Source of the DNA: a virus
IMG/VR virus record: IMGVR_UViG_3300045988_171958
Coordinates: 224,001 to 288,000 of that record
Strand: one strand, 5' to 3'
Length of the DNA stretch: 64,000 nt
Shown here: in pieces, positions 63,610 to 64,000 of the stretch
Layout: every line of letters begins with the position of its first letter
How positions within the stretch are numbered: the first letter of the stretch is position 1
Made by a program: the position numbers and the translations under genes
The notes under the pieces: generated by a model
What the model saw: the letters and a program-made list of their open reading frames with translations, nothing else
The model's database searches: none
What the model was told of the DNA's origin: nothing

Positions 63610-63921
63610 ATGATTATGATTATGAATACAAATACAAATAATATTATCAAGGTGAACATTCATGTTTTAAACAAATTTACTAACAAACATGAAATTGTTA
63701 AAGTTTCTGTAAGAGCTAATAGTGTTATGGAACTTTGTGAAAGACTTGCCGGAGTAAATGGAAGAAATCTTCACTATCTTCTTGCTAGACCAGAGCTTTT
63801 TAACAGAACAAGATATTTCTTTTCATGCTTTACTAAAGCATTTAAGAATTACCTTTATTATGAAAAGGAAATGGGACCATGCCACAGATTTGAATATGAC
63901 GGAATCAGTCTTGATAAGTAA
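63610..63921 (+). CDS. Hypothetical protein (103 aa) starting MIMIM
   Basis: ATGATTATGATTATG start. It shares the leader TAATTTAAA..ATGATTATG with the gene at 28638. Confidence 0.65.
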   Translation: MIMIMNTNTNNIIKVNIHVLNKFTNKHEIVKVSVRANSVMELCERLAGVNGRNLHYLLARPELFNRTRYFFSCFTKAFKNYLYYEKEMGPCHRFEYDGISLDK

Positions 63922-63954
63922 GTATCAATTATTAATAAAACAAAATATTTTTGA

Positions 63955-64000
63955 ATGAAGTCATTATTGTCAATGATATTTGAAGCTGGTATACCATCAA
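63955..64000 (+). CDS. 5' end of another CTS-like-leader gene (partial)
   Basis: ATG AAG TCA TTA TTG TCA ATG ATA TTT GAA GCT = MKSLLSMIFEA (I-F-E at 8-10). Runs off the window. Confidence 0.4.
   Translation, partial: MKSLLSMIFEAGIPS

Noticed and set aside
1-64000. Stop-codon reassignment (TAG or TGA recoding), as seen in some gut phages
   Set aside because: All large genes are intact under the standard code, with very long uninterrupted ORFs on the expected strand. There is no suppressor tRNA among the 26: no CUA, UCA or UUA anticodon.

Overview
Strongly AT-rich window from a large tailed dsDNA phage. I saw no cellular housekeeping genes, integrase or transposase. Layout: (i) 1-10167, two consecutive giant minus-strand ORFs (over 1732 aa, cut by the window edge, and 1640 aa). 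(ii) 10518-17750, a plus-strand array of 26 tRNA genes that I folded by eye. It covers all 20 amino-acid specificities and is interrupted by four protein genes and several ORF-free spacers. Several of these tRNAs carry non-canonical insertions. (iii) 19782-26730, a T4-like head/packaging block on the minus strand: a gp20-like portal, a gp5-like OB-fold spike protein, and a gp17-like large terminase whose Walker A loop is split by a 215-aa intein. (iv) 30937-54581, a long minus-strand tail/baseplate/fibre module with two paralogous giant fibre proteins of 1291 and 1682 aa. Small plus-strand accessory islands interrupt it, each with its own promoter-like motif and hairpin terminator. (v) 54669-58745, a plus-strand operon: DEDDh exonuclease, YqeY/GatB-like protein, triple S1/OB-fold protein. 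(vi) 58802-63454, minus-strand genes including a decayed tandem duplication, a two-domain glycosyltransferase-like protein and a T4 gp4-like head-completion nuclease. The most interesting signal is a family of at least 8 otherwise unrelated proteins that share an N-terminal leader (MKSLVEFIEE-like) resembling the T4 capsid-targeting sequence MKTYQEFIAE, including its (L/I)-x-E protease site. Other recurring signals are a TTCTATATT promoter-like motif, a 72-nt duplicated control region, a GC-rich long-hairpin element present twice, and hairpin terminators with a CTTAAG apex. All functional calls rest on reading the translations and on motif memory; no searches were run. Genes lack Shine-Dalgarno sequences, which together with the AT-richness weakly suggests a Bacteroidota-type host.
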